From Escherichia phage BF17, in the sequence record MW822008.1: a stretch of DNA of 64,000 bases; one strand, given 5' to 3'. The notes beneath the pieces were generated by a model. It saw nothing but the letters and a program-made list of their open reading frames with translations, had not been told where the DNA came from and ran no database searches. Position numbers and translations under genes: made by a program. Positions 39,441-47,841 of the stretch are shown one piece after another; position 1 is the stretch's first letter; each line of letters starts with the position of its first letter.

Positions 39441-39915
39441 TATCTACCATATTTAATTTGCCTTCCTTGATAAGCTTTCTGGCTTGCTTAACACGAGCAG
39501 CATTGTTTGCACCAGGGATAACACCTAACTCTTCCAGTATTGCATTCTGTTGTCCTGCTGGGAGCCTTTTAAACTTATTCGTATCGATTGTTAGTGCAGT
39601 GTGATGTATAACTTGCTCATCTTCAGGAATGCTGTTATTACGCTCCAGATAATCCGCAAGATTTCGTAGTACCTCGTATAAGGGTTTATCGGTTAAGTGC
39701 TTCATATAGCGATTAAAGCTGTTCTGTACTTTACCTTCCCATGCGTTCACTTCGTTCTGGAGAACTTCACGACAGTGTTGATTCTCGAAGTGATAGTGAT
39801 CAAGTACTGGCTTAGTTATTGGTTCCTTAATTATAGGATCAATTCCTTTTTGCTTCTTTAGTAATTCATTTCGATAGTTTGCAGCTTCTTTACTATCTTT
39901 TAATCTTTTCTTCAT
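39424..39915 (-). CDS. Endonuclease VII-like protein (T4 gp49 homolog) lacking the zinc-binding cysteines
   Basis: Blocks LDHYHFE, NEVNAWEGKVQNSFNRY, YEVLRNLADYLE and KFKRLP parallel T4 endo VII (LDHDHE, CNLCNAAEGQMKHKFNRSGL, DYLEWLENLLTYL, EFSRLGK) from memory; the CxxC pairs are absent. Confidence 0.55.
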   Translation of the reverse strand: MKKRLKDSKEAANYRNELLKKQKGIDPIIKEPITKPVLDHYHFENQHCREVLQNEVNAWEGKVQNSFNRYMKHLTDKPLYEVLRNLADYLERNNSIPEDEQVIHHTALTIDTNKFKRLPAGQQNAILEELGVIPGANNAARVKQARKLIKEGKLNMVDIKKGS

Positions 39916-40007
39916 AAATCCCCACTAAACTAATTCTTATCAAAATATTTATGCGTTACTTCAATGTTCAAGAATTATGTACTTTTTATAAATTTTTTAT
40001 CATAATA

Positions 40008-40037
40008 GTGAGACACTTTTGAATTTGGTGCTATAAT
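40008..40037 (+). promoter_or_regulatory. Sigma70-type promoter with extended -10, no ORF downstream
   Basis: TGAGAC, 18-bp spacer, TGcTATAAT (-10 at 40032-40037); same core as the gp55 promoter. Confidence 0.5.
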
Positions 40038-40043
40038 GTTAAT

Positions 40044-40499
40044 TGTAGTGATGACAATCCTGTTGAATGCAGAAATGCATATAAATTAGAACCTGATCCT
40101 ATCGAAAATGTAGATGGCAGATGAGCAGTTCAACAGTGCGATGAGCAGAAGAAACCCGTTAGATGTGGGCATAGTTTGAACCCCTCACGGCGACACGGCT
40201 CAATAAAGAACTCCGATAAGCATACAGAGAGTTCCTCGATAGATGTATAAGGATCGCACCTTACCAGATTTGCTAAGGGAGTTTATTAAGTGATTTAATA
40301 AACAGCCTGAAGTTTGATTGTATAGACTTTCAGGTGAGTGTCAGGATGATTAAGACTGACGACCGTTGCACATGACTGCGATAGAGAGAAACAGAGCAAC
40401 CCGCTTTCGTTCTTAATGAATTTTAAGAAATTCGCAATACAATAAATGCTGAAACCATCAGCGTCAAGAATTAAGAGACTTAATTGTCTCTTTTTTATT
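40044..40499 (+). ncRNA. Candidate non-coding transcript (~450 nt) of unknown class; alternatively an origin-associated primer transcript
   Basis: Bounded by the promoter at 40008-40037 and the terminator at 40473-40499; longest plus-strand ORFs are 12-21 codons with no RBS; contains direct repeat GATGAGCAG (40117, 40140) and local hairpins. Confidence 0.35.
40473..40499 (+). terminator. Intrinsic terminator (plus strand)
   Basis: AAGAGAC-ttaatt-GTCTCTT-TTTTATT. Confidence 0.65.
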
Positions 40500-40501
40500 G
40501 T

Positions 40502-40524
40502 CTTCATTCCCCTGCGGGGGGATG
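40502..40524. other. Stable GC-rich hairpin flanked by direct repeats TGTCTTCA
   Basis: TCATTCCCC-tgc-GGGGGATGA, 9-bp stem with one G-U pair, in an otherwise AT-rich intergenic context; no U-tract on either side. Confidence 0.5.
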
Positions 40525-40715
40525 AAAATGTCTTCAACAAATCCCGTCAAGTATTAAATCTTTTAAAGTTCTTTATAATTAATTATAAGAAATGAATATG
40601 AGTTACGTAGTAACGAATATTCTTCAGCTAACGAATGAAATGAGTTAGATGAGTTCACTATAAAATAATTAATTCCTTTCATAATTCAATTCAATCAATT
40701 CTGTAGTTTAAAACC

Positions 40716-40741
40716 AAAAAAAACCAGCAACAATGTGCTGG
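40716..40741 (-). terminator. Intrinsic terminator of the minus-strand operon 41798-40753
   Basis: Minus strand reads CCAGCA-cattgt-TGCTGG followed by a run of eight T. Confidence 0.7.
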
Positions 40742-40752
40742 CTCCTTGTGAG

Positions 40753-40962
40753 TTAGTGCTTCTCGTTTTGTTTTTTAATTTTCTTATTAAAAGACTTAAC
40801 TAATAAGTCTCTATCAATTAGTGGCATATTAAGTAGTGTTCCGTAATCAACACTTTCCATATAAACAGAACACTCCATTAATGCAGTTTTAATATCTGAC
40901 TTATTCAACTCAAATTCCTTAAGTACTTCTTGTATTTCTTCAGGAGATGAGTGGAGAAGCAT
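40753..40962 (-). CDS. Hypothetical small protein (69 aa)
   Basis: 1-nt overlap with the upstream gene; followed by a terminator. Confidence 0.4.
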   Translation of the reverse strand: MLLHSSPEEIQEVLKEFELNKSDIKTALMECSVYMESVDYGTLLNMPLIDRDLLVKSFNKKIKKQNEKH

Positions 40963-41798
40963 TATGCGAAAAAATGACTTGGGTCATATTTCAGTCCATT
41001 AATTTCCCATTGATGATTACAGTCACTGCATTCAACTTCCATAGTATGGGAAACACCAATTTCAAGTACTTCATCCATTTTTTCACGAATTATTTTAAGT
41101 GTTCCTTTGGACTGCTGACCTAGCCATTCAGAAATGAATTCATTTTCAGTTACTTCATCACCTTCAGGTGTAATTACCTTAGCAATAACTCCTGCGATCA
41201 TATCAAAGTTGAGTTGTGCCATACTTTCAAATACTTCACCAAACACTTTAACTTTTTCTTCCTGCTCCATTTCGGCAGTTTCAAGGAATTTAGTTTTTTG
41301 TTGTTCTGTAAACATTCTTTCTGCGAAGTTAGAATATTCCTTCCAAGTAAGTGGTCTAAACTCTAAACTTAGTCCATTATCCAATTGTACAGTAGGAACT
41401 TCACTGAAAGTTTGTGCTGTTTCTAGTAGATATGATAAGCTACGCTCAAAACGACCTTCTTTGTTACATTCAGGGCATGTCACATTAATATCATATGATT
41501 CTTCTTTAGAAGCTACTTTAATAGCGATAAGTAGTTGCTCTACGTCATTTACATAAAGTTCATCTGCATCAAGTACGTTAGGTACGCAGTTTTCAATAAC
41601 ACGAGCAATTGCATCACCATTTAGAAGCATATCTGGTGTATTGAGTGTCATTTCATCACGTGCACTACGAGCACAAATGCCACATTTGATACCTTTAGAG
41701 CCAAGAACTCCTTCTTTATAAGGAATCACGCCATTTGTGACCAATTTTGTACCAAGTTCTTCAATTTTAGTATACTTAGCTAGTGGGTTCATTGCCAT
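40962..41798 (-). CDS. Hypothetical Cys-pair (zinc-ribbon-like) protein (~278 aa; ORF track start 41867 rejected)
   Basis: ATG at 41796-41798 (MAMNPLAKY...) with RBS GGAGA; CGIC, CPEC and CSDC pairs; no confident family assignment. Confidence 0.5.
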   Translation of the reverse strand: MAMNPLAKYTKIEELGTKLVTNGVIPYKEGVLGSKGIKCGICARSARDEMTLNTPDMLLNGDAIARVIENCVPNVLDADELYVNDVEQLLIAIKVASKEESYDINVTCPECNKEGRFERSLSYLLETAQTFSEVPTVQLDNGLSLEFRPLTWKEYSNFAERMFTEQQKTKFLETAEMEQEEKVKVFGEVFESMAQLNFDMIAGVIAKVITPEGDEVTENEFISEWLGQQSKGTLKIIREKMDEVLEIGVSHTMEVECSDCNHQWEINGLKYDPSHFFA

Positions 41799-41943
41799 TT
41801 TATTAAATCTCCATGTAATAAATGTCTTTGTAGTATTTATTACCAAAAAATGGGACAAATTGGACAAATGTTATAGATGGGTCTTTTTTATTCGTTATAG
41901 ATTCATAAATATTTCTATAATACATCTATTAAAAGGGAATGTT

Positions 41944-44142
41944 ATGGCTGTCAATACAAGTGATTACCTACTACAGCAGTTGGTTAATCAAACTAAAGAT
42001 AACAATGATAGTTTGACTGCTATCCGTGAGTTATTAGCTGAAAATATAAAGAATGATAAGAAAAAATCAGGTTCAAATAGTAAAAAGAATGGTTCCAGTT
42101 CCAGTTCTTCCAGTAATCGTGGAAATCGTGGAAGTGCACAAGCCGATGACGGGAAAGCATTTGGTAAATTGTTCAAATCACTATCTTCTGAAGTTTCTAA
42201 TGTAAGCAAAACAATGATGAACTCCAGTACCAACGTAAGTACTGTAGTAAACTCATTAGGCGTTAGTGCATCATCATTTGCTGGTTCATTAGCAATGATG
42301 CCAGGTCCAATTGGTGCAGCGGCAGCAGCATTTAAACTCGTTACTGGTGCTGGTCTTGCTGTATATAACGCACTTAATGCACAATTGGAAGTATATACCA
42401 GAATTAACAGTGCTGGTGTTGCATTGGCTGAAGGTTATGGTTCAGTACTGAAAGGTGCAGGTGCATCTATGTTGAGTATGGATGCATTCAGTGAAGCTCT
42501 ACAAACACATAGTTCTGTGGTAGCTCAATTGGATGGGGCATATGGTGATGGTGTTGCTACCTTTGGTAAATTATTAGGAACTGTTCAACAAGCTCAAAAT
42601 GAACTTGGCCTTTATGGTATTTCTCAAAAAACATTAACTGATTTAACTGCAAGAAACATTAAGTTCCAAAAACAATATGGTGGTCGTGAAGCTCTTCGTA
42701 GTATGGACCAAGCTAAAAGTACTGAACAATTCATCATGAGCATGACTAAATTCAGTAAAAGCATGGGTGAGTCCGTTGATGCATTACTAAACAAAACACA
42801 AAACCTAGATAAATCACTCGATACGCGTTCTATGCAAATTGCATTGCAGAACTACTCTGGACTATCCAGTAAAGCTGCTGTAGCAACATCTAAGGCGTTC
42901 AACGAAGCTGCGGGTGCAATGGGTGATGCAGGTGCAGATTTCCTCCGTTTGATATCACACAGATTGTCTATTGGTGGCGTACCGGATGACCTACTCACTC
43001 CAGTACTGAACCAGTTCGCTGATTTAGGTGAAAATCTTGTGCGTAGTGGTGTAACTGATTCACAAGAAATTCGTCGCCAACAATTAGAATTCGTTAAAAA
43101 GAATAAAGAATTAATTAAGCAAGATTTGCTTAACCAGATTCAATTAGGAAACACAACTGCTGCAACCTTCTACCAACAACTATTGGATATGGAAGCAACC
43201 GTAAATGAACCTAAAAATAATCCCGCTGATAAATTAACTCAATTTACTAACCGCTTCAATATGTGGATTAGTAAAGAATTCACTGAACCATTTAATACAA
43301 TGTATGCTAATACACAAAATTCAATTGTGGATTATCTTTCAGACATTGCAGACAGAACTGATGGTGCATGGGAGTTTATTGGGGAATTGGCTCTTGATGG
43401 ATTTGGGTTAGTACCTATTGCTAAAGATGCAATTGCTTACCTTGATCGTATTGGTGCTGAATTTACAGCTTGGTTGGATGGATTGGGTGCAGATATATTC
43501 GGTTCAGGTTACTCTAAAGTGTCAGAAGCATTTGATACCTTTATGAATAACTTAATGGATTTACCTGGTAACCTATGGAATTCTGTTAAAAGTTGGTTCG
43601 GTGGTGGTTCTGATAATGATATAAAACTCAATAACAGTACTGAAACCCCAGCAGAAAGCGTAAACAACATCATTGACAACGGTGTAAATAGTGTTAGTGA
43701 TTATTTTGCAGGGATGTGGGATAAGTTCAACAAATGGAACACCGCACGTAACTACAAAGAACCAAAACCACTACCATCTGATTATGCTGACAGTTTATTC
43801 AACCGTCCAGGAGTAGAACGTATTCGTCCTGTTATTGAAAAAACCAATAACGTTGCTCCAGAAATAACTGTATCTCGTAAAGATTTTGATAAAACTGCAT
43901 GGGCACCAGGTGAACCACCAGTTCCACCAAAACCTGACGATACAGAGGCAATTAAGAAGATGATAAATAATGGTAGTGCAGTGACATCGAGAACTGGACC
44001 ACCAGCACCGATTTCTGATGAAATGAAAGAAATACTCAAAAAGCTTGCCGATGTTAATGAACAATCACTATCTGCTGTACAACAGACAAATAATTATCTA
44101 AGAACTATCTCTGAAAACACCCAAGGTGAGAGAAACAGTTAA
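41944..44142 (+). CDS. Virion protein (~732 aa), Ser/Ala/Gly-rich, mostly helical; possibly an internal or tape-measure-like protein
   Basis: Start at ATG 41944 (MAVNTSDYLLQQ..., RBS aaagggaa); the ORF-track start 41737 overlaps the divergent upstream gene and is hydrophobic junk; lies immediately upstream of the portal gene. Confidence 0.5.
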   Translation: MAVNTSDYLLQQLVNQTKDNNDSLTAIRELLAENIKNDKKKSGSNSKKNGSSSSSSSNRGNRGSAQADDGKAFGKLFKSLSSEVSNVSKTMMNSSTNVSTVVNSLGVSASSFAGSLAMMPGPIGAAAAAFKLVTGAGLAVYNALNAQLEVYTRINSAGVALAEGYGSVLKGAGASMLSMDAFSEALQTHSSVVAQLDGAYGDGVATFGKLLGTVQQAQNELGLYGISQKTLTDLTARNIKFQKQYGGREALRSMDQAKSTEQFIMSMTKFSKSMGESVDALLNKTQNLDKSLDTRSMQIALQNYSGLSSKAAVATSKAFNEAAGAMGDAGADFLRLISHRLSIGGVPDDLLTPVLNQFADLGENLVRSGVTDSQEIRRQQLEFVKKNKELIKQDLLNQIQLGNTTAATFYQQLLDMEATVNEPKNNPADKLTQFTNRFNMWISKEFTEPFNTMYANTQNSIVDYLSDIADRTDGAWEFIGELALDGFGLVPIAKDAIAYLDRIGAEFTAWLDGLGADIFGSGYSKVSEAFDTFMNNLMDLPGNLWNSVKSWFGGGSDNDIKLNNSTETPAESVNNIIDNGVNSVSDYFAGMWDKFNKWNTARNYKEPKPLPSDYADSLFNRPGVERIRPVIEKTNNVAPEITVSRKDFDKTAWAPGEPPVPPKPDDTEAIKKMINNGSAVTSRTGPPAPISDEMKEILKKLADVNEQSLSAVQQTNNYLRTISENTQGERNS

Positions 44143-44154
44143 GGACGAACAATA

Positions 44155-45891
44155 ATGAGTTGGAAACGACATATGACAATGGGGAGATCGAAGTTATCGG
44201 TTGTCCCTAATCAGTCCAGTAATAGCAACAAATCAACAGGAACGAAAACAAATTTCGCTTCCTATCTTCCAGTAGTATACAATGGTTTAGCTAACCGTAC
44301 TGAACGTTATAGTCAGTATGAACAGATGGACCAAGATCCTGAAATTAGAACAGCACTTAATATCATTGCTGACTTCTGTACACAAAGTACTGAAGATTTT
44401 GGTCTTCCATATAAAATCAAATATAAAGATGATATTGGTGATACAGAAGTAACTACTATTGAAGACCGCTTGGATGCATGGACTGAACAAAATGATTTTA
44501 AAACCAGAATGTATGAAATTGTACGTGGCCTATTAAAATACGGTGACCAATTCTTCATTCGTGACCCAGAAACATTTGACTGGTACTGGGTAAGCCCAAA
44601 AAACGTTGAACAAGTATTCGTTAACGAAGCAACCGGAAAAACCCCTGTAATTTATTATATCCGTGACGTATCTTTGAATCTTAAAGATAAAGTGTTTAGT
44701 AACTTGCAAGTTGGTTTTGACAAAACTGCATATCCTGGTGCAATCCCTACCACATTAGGTGGCGGTGGTTCAGTAGCAGCAGGTGGTGCATCTGGTTTTA
44801 CTAACCAAGGAAACTCTGCTGACCCATTCAGTACTAACGGTCGTCTTGATGTTATTCCAGTTGGTGCAGAACACGTAATTCATCTAACCCTAAATACAGG
44901 ACAAGATGGAGTTTGGCCTTTTGGTACTAGTATACTTGAAGATGTTTTCAAAGTCTATAAACAAAAAGAATTACTTGAAGATAGTATTATTATCTATCGT
45001 GTTCAACGTGCTCCAGAGCGTCGTGTATTTAAAATCGACGTTGGTGATATGCAAACTCACCAAGCAATGGCATACGTAGAACGATTCAAAAATGAAATTC
45101 ACCAAAGACGTATCCCTTCAAATAAAGGTGGCAGTACTTCTCTAATGGATGCAGCATATAATCCATTAAGTATTCTAGAAGATTACTTCTTCCCACAAAC
45201 TTCTGAAGGTCGTGGTTCAGATGTACAAACACTTCCTGGTGGTGATAACTTAGGTCAGATTGATGACTTGCGTTACTTCAACAATAAATTGATTCGTGGA
45301 TTGCAAATTCCAGCTTCATATCTACCGCAAGGTCCAGATGATGGTGGTGTATCACTATTTGGTGATGGTGCAACACAAGCAATGGCAAGTGAATTACGTT
45401 TTAATAACCAATGTATGCGTTATCAACGTTTGGTTGCAAAACTATTTGATGCAGAATTTAAACGTTTTATGGTTAAAAATGGATATAACATTAGTACTTC
45501 ATCTTTTGAAGTAATTATGAATCCACCTATTAACTTGGCTTCTTATCGTAAAGCGGAACTAGATGCTAAACTAATTAACACCTATCTCCCACTTAACGAT
45601 CTGCCATATATGGCAAAACAAACTATTCTTGAAAAAATGGGCTTCTCTAAAGCTGATATTGTTAAGAATGAGCAAATGTGGCTCCAAGAAAATCCACAAG
45701 ATGGTTCTGCTCCGTCAAGTGGTGAAGAAGATGCTGCTGGGTTGCAATCTGTTGGTATAGATGCTCCTAACGATCCTGGTATGGATTTGGGTGTTGATGG
45801 TGACGGTAACTTAGAAAGTGCCGATGCTGAATACCAAGAACAACAAGGAAGTGCAGGTTTTAACCCGAATAATTTAGGCGATTCTTTTTAA
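44155..45891 (+). CDS. 20: Portal vertex protein, gp20-like
   Basis: Block IIIYRVQRAPERRVFKIDVGDM...LPGGDNLGQIDDLRYF matches the T4 gp20 core ([22 protein letters not shown]...LPGADNTGNMEDIRWF) from memory; RBS AAGGA; head-module synteny. Confidence 0.9.
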   Translation: MSWKRHMTMGRSKLSVVPNQSSNSNKSTGTKTNFASYLPVVYNGLANRTERYSQYEQMDQDPEIRTALNIIADFCTQSTEDFGLPYKIKYKDDIGDTEVTTIEDRLDAWTEQNDFKTRMYEIVRGLLKYGDQFFIRDPETFDWYWVSPKNVEQVFVNEATGKTPVIYYIRDVSLNLKDKVFSNLQVGFDKTAYPGAIPTTLGGGGSVAAGGASGFTNQGNSADPFSTNGRLDVIPVGAEHVIHLTLNTGQDGVWPFGTSILEDVFKVYKQKELLEDSIIIYRVQRAPERRVFKIDVGDMQTHQAMAYVERFKNEIHQRRIPSNKGGSTSLMDAAYNPLSILEDYFFPQTSEGRGSDVQTLPGGDNLGQIDDLRYFNNKLIRGLQIPASYLPQGPDDGGVSLFGDGATQAMASELRFNNQCMRYQRLVAKLFDAEFKRFMVKNGYNISTSSFEVIMNPPINLASYRKAELDAKLINTYLPLNDLPYMAKQTILEKMGFSKADIVKNEQMWLQENPQDGSAPSSGEEDAAGLQSVGIDAPNDPGMDLGVDGDGNLESADAEYQEQQGSAGFNPNNLGDSF

Positions 45892-45912
45892 TCATAAATA
45901 ACAATGTATAAG

Positions 45913-45939
45913 AATGAGGGTACATTAGTTTCCCTCATT
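45913..45939 (+). other. Hairpin downstream of the portal gene (weak terminator or processing site)
   Basis: AATGAGGG-tacattagttt-CCCTCATT followed by tataatg, not a clean U-tract. Confidence 0.3.
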
Positions 45940-45964
45940 ATAATGCATATTCAAAGGAGATGAA

Positions 45965-46192
45965 ATGTTAAAGGACATCTTTGAATCTAGCAGTGATTCT
46001 TTATACGACCCTGAAGATGATCAGAACGTATATAAAATTACTGATTCCAGAAAACCAAAACTAACATTACAAGTACTTAATAATTTAAGAAAGTACCGTG
46101 AATTTAAAGCTAATGAAGAACAACGACGCAAAAATGTTGTCGCTGTTGTTTATGCAGCAGCACCATCCGGTGATGGTTCAGGATTAATGTAA
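45965..46192 (+). CDS. Small head-module protein (75 aa), possibly prohead core
   Basis: RBS AAAGGAGA; sits between the portal and protease genes where T4 encodes small prohead core proteins. Confidence 0.4.
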   Translation: MLKDIFESSSDSLYDPEDDQNVYKITDSRKPKLTLQVLNNLRKYREFKANEEQRRKNVVAVVYAAAPSGDGSGLM

Positions 46193-46243
46193 ACAAAAAT
46201 CGCACTTTTTAAAGCTTTTAAAAATGGCGAAATTTTTCAGTAC

Positions 46244-46258
46244 TAAATAATATCATAC
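46244..46258 (+). promoter_or_regulatory. Late-promoter-like element TAAATAATATCATAC
   Basis: Part of a ~30-nt block nearly identical to the MCP late promoter at 48983-49010. Confidence 0.4.
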
Positions 46259-46292
46259 TTTATATGAATGTAATATATCTATGGAGGATATA

Positions 46293-47123
46293 ATGGCGAA
46301 TTTAAAACTACTACAAGAAGCAATTGAAGCGTTTGCAAACGGCGAACAAGATGTTGCTGATAAAAAAATGCGTAAGTACTTTGTTGAGCAAGCTCAAGAA
46401 ATCAATAAAGAACTAGAAGAAAGCATGGACGAAGAAGAATGTGAAGTTGAAGTCAAAGACGAAGAAAAACTTGACGAAGACTTTGATGTTCAACCAGACG
46501 CTGGTCTAAATGCTGAAATCGAATACACCCTAGGTGAAGAAGATGAAAGTGCAGAAGAAGAAGTTGAATTCTCTGCTGATGCTGATGGCGAAGAAGTTGA
46601 CGCTGAAGCAGAAGTTGGTGCAGAAGTTCCTTCCGAAGACCAATGGGAATCTATTCAAGATGCTTTCCGTGGCCTACAACAAATGTTTGACGAAATCGGC
46701 GGTGATGAAGTTGACCTAGGTTCTGAAGACGAAGTTGAAGTTGGTGCGGAAGAAGAATTCGGTGCTGATGGTGAAGAATCTGAAGACGAATTTGCTGATG
46801 TACAATTCGGTGATGAGAAAGTTGGTGAGTCTTTCAAACTTAAGCAAGTTGCTGCGGTTGATAAGAAAGAAAAAGCTGGCGTTAATACCAAGTCTCCAGT
46901 TGCTCCAGAAGCTAAATCTCCAGTTCAAGGTGTTGCTCCAGTGAAATTCGCAAAAGCTTCCGAAAAACAAGTAGATTATGATTTTGAAAACGAAGATGCT
47001 ATGTCTCACACTGATGAAGACCTAGGTAAAAATGCTCGTGGCGAAATGAAAGATGTTGCGAAGCCAAAAAATACCGCTTCTAAATCTCGTTCTCCACTAC
47101 CAAAATCACAACCAAAAATCTAA
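46293..47123 (+). CDS. Highly acidic head-module protein (~276 aa), likely prohead core or scaffold-type
   Basis: Start ATG 46293 (RBS GGAGGA; the ORF-track ATG at 46281 lies inside that RBS); long E/D-rich region; head-module position. Confidence 0.5.
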   Translation: MANLKLLQEAIEAFANGEQDVADKKMRKYFVEQAQEINKELEESMDEEECEVEVKDEEKLDEDFDVQPDAGLNAEIEYTLGEEDESAEEEVEFSADADGEEVDAEAEVGAEVPSEDQWESIQDAFRGLQQMFDEIGGDEVDLGSEDEVEVGAEEEFGADGEESEDEFADVQFGDEKVGESFKLKQVAAVDKKEKAGVNTKSPVAPEAKSPVQGVAPVKFAKASEKQVDYDFENEDAMSHTDEDLGKNARGEMKDVAKPKNTASKSRSPLPKSQPKI

Positions 47124-47154
47124 CACTAAATAAAGAAAAGGAAAGGAGATCATT

Positions 47155-47775
47155 ATGAGTATGATTCGTGAATGGTCTTCATTCAATGATTCTAAAGTTG
47201 TTTTGGAACATCGTGATAATGGACTTGGTGGGCGTGATTGCTATCTTCGTGGTATTGCTATTCAAGCCGATCAAAGAAATTTAAATGAGAGAATTTACCC
47301 TTTAGCCGAAATTACTAAAGCTGTTAATAATATGGCTCAACGTTTGGCTAAAGGTGAAAGTATTCTAGTTGAATGTGACCACCCTGAAACACTAACAATT
47401 AACCTTGACCGTGTAGCAGCAATGATTACTAAGGTCTGGATGGAAGGTGCTAACGGCATGGCAGAAATCAAACTACTTGATACTGCTCATGGTACTAATA
47501 TTCGTAAAATGCTAGAAGCTGGTGTGAAACTTGGTGTAAGTTCTCGTGGTTCCGGTAACGTGGATTACAATGGAATAGTTTCTGATTTTGAAATTATCAC
47601 AATTGATATTGTTGCTCAACCTAGTGCTCCAGAGGCATACCCTACTGCGGTTTTTGAATCTCTGATGAGTAAGTACGGATCACCTTGTAATAGTCCTAAA
47701 AAAATCACAGAATCTAAAACAGTAAATAATGTAGATTCTGAAATTTACGATTTTTTCAAGAAATTAAAAGGTTAA
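47155..47775 (+). CDS. 21: Prohead protease, gp21-like
   Basis: Blocks NLNERIYP, VECDHPE, GVSSRGSG, QPSAPEAY parallel T4 gp21 (NRNKRLYP, GELNHP, GVSSRG, GPSAPDAW) from memory. Confidence 0.8.
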   Translation: MSMIREWSSFNDSKVVLEHRDNGLGGRDCYLRGIAIQADQRNLNERIYPLAEITKAVNNMAQRLAKGESILVECDHPETLTINLDRVAAMITKVWMEGANGMAEIKLLDTAHGTNIRKMLEAGVKLGVSSRGSGNVDYNGIVSDFEIITIDIVAQPSAPEAYPTAVFESLMSKYGSPCNSPKKITESKTVNNVDSEIYDFFKKLKG

Positions 47776-47786
47776 CATTTTAAAAA

Positions 47787-47794
47787 TATAAATA
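47787..47794 (+). promoter_or_regulatory. T4-type late promoter TATAAATA for the scaffold gene
   Basis: Exact TATAAATA ~48 nt upstream of ATG 47842. Confidence 0.5.
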
Positions 47795-47841
47795 TTTGTA
47801 TGTTGAAGTACAGATATTTCAGTACTTAAAGGAGAGAACGA

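Noticed and set aside
40295-40540. Minus-strand 81-codon ORF in the ORF-free island
   Set aside because: No RBS, low-complexity translation, and it reads through the plus-strand terminator hairpin and the GC-rich hairpin; more likely chance than a gene, although a micro-protein cannot be fully excluded.
39916-40752. Retron, toxin-antitoxin RNA or group I intron in the ORF-free island
   Set aside because: No reverse transcriptase or toxin gene is adjacent, there are no long tandem repeats of the ToxI type, and the island is not inserted in a host gene; none of these classes is supported by what is visible.
41737-41943. Upstream extension of the 801-codon ORF (start at 41737)
   Set aside because: The extension overlaps the divergent minus-strand gene and its RBS and encodes hydrophobic junk; ATG 41944 has a proper RBS and a plausible N-terminus.
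45913-45942. Hairpin after the portal gene as a strong terminator
   Set aside because: The stem is followed by tataatg rather than a U-tract, and the downstream head genes must be co-expressed; kept only as a low-confidence structural feature.
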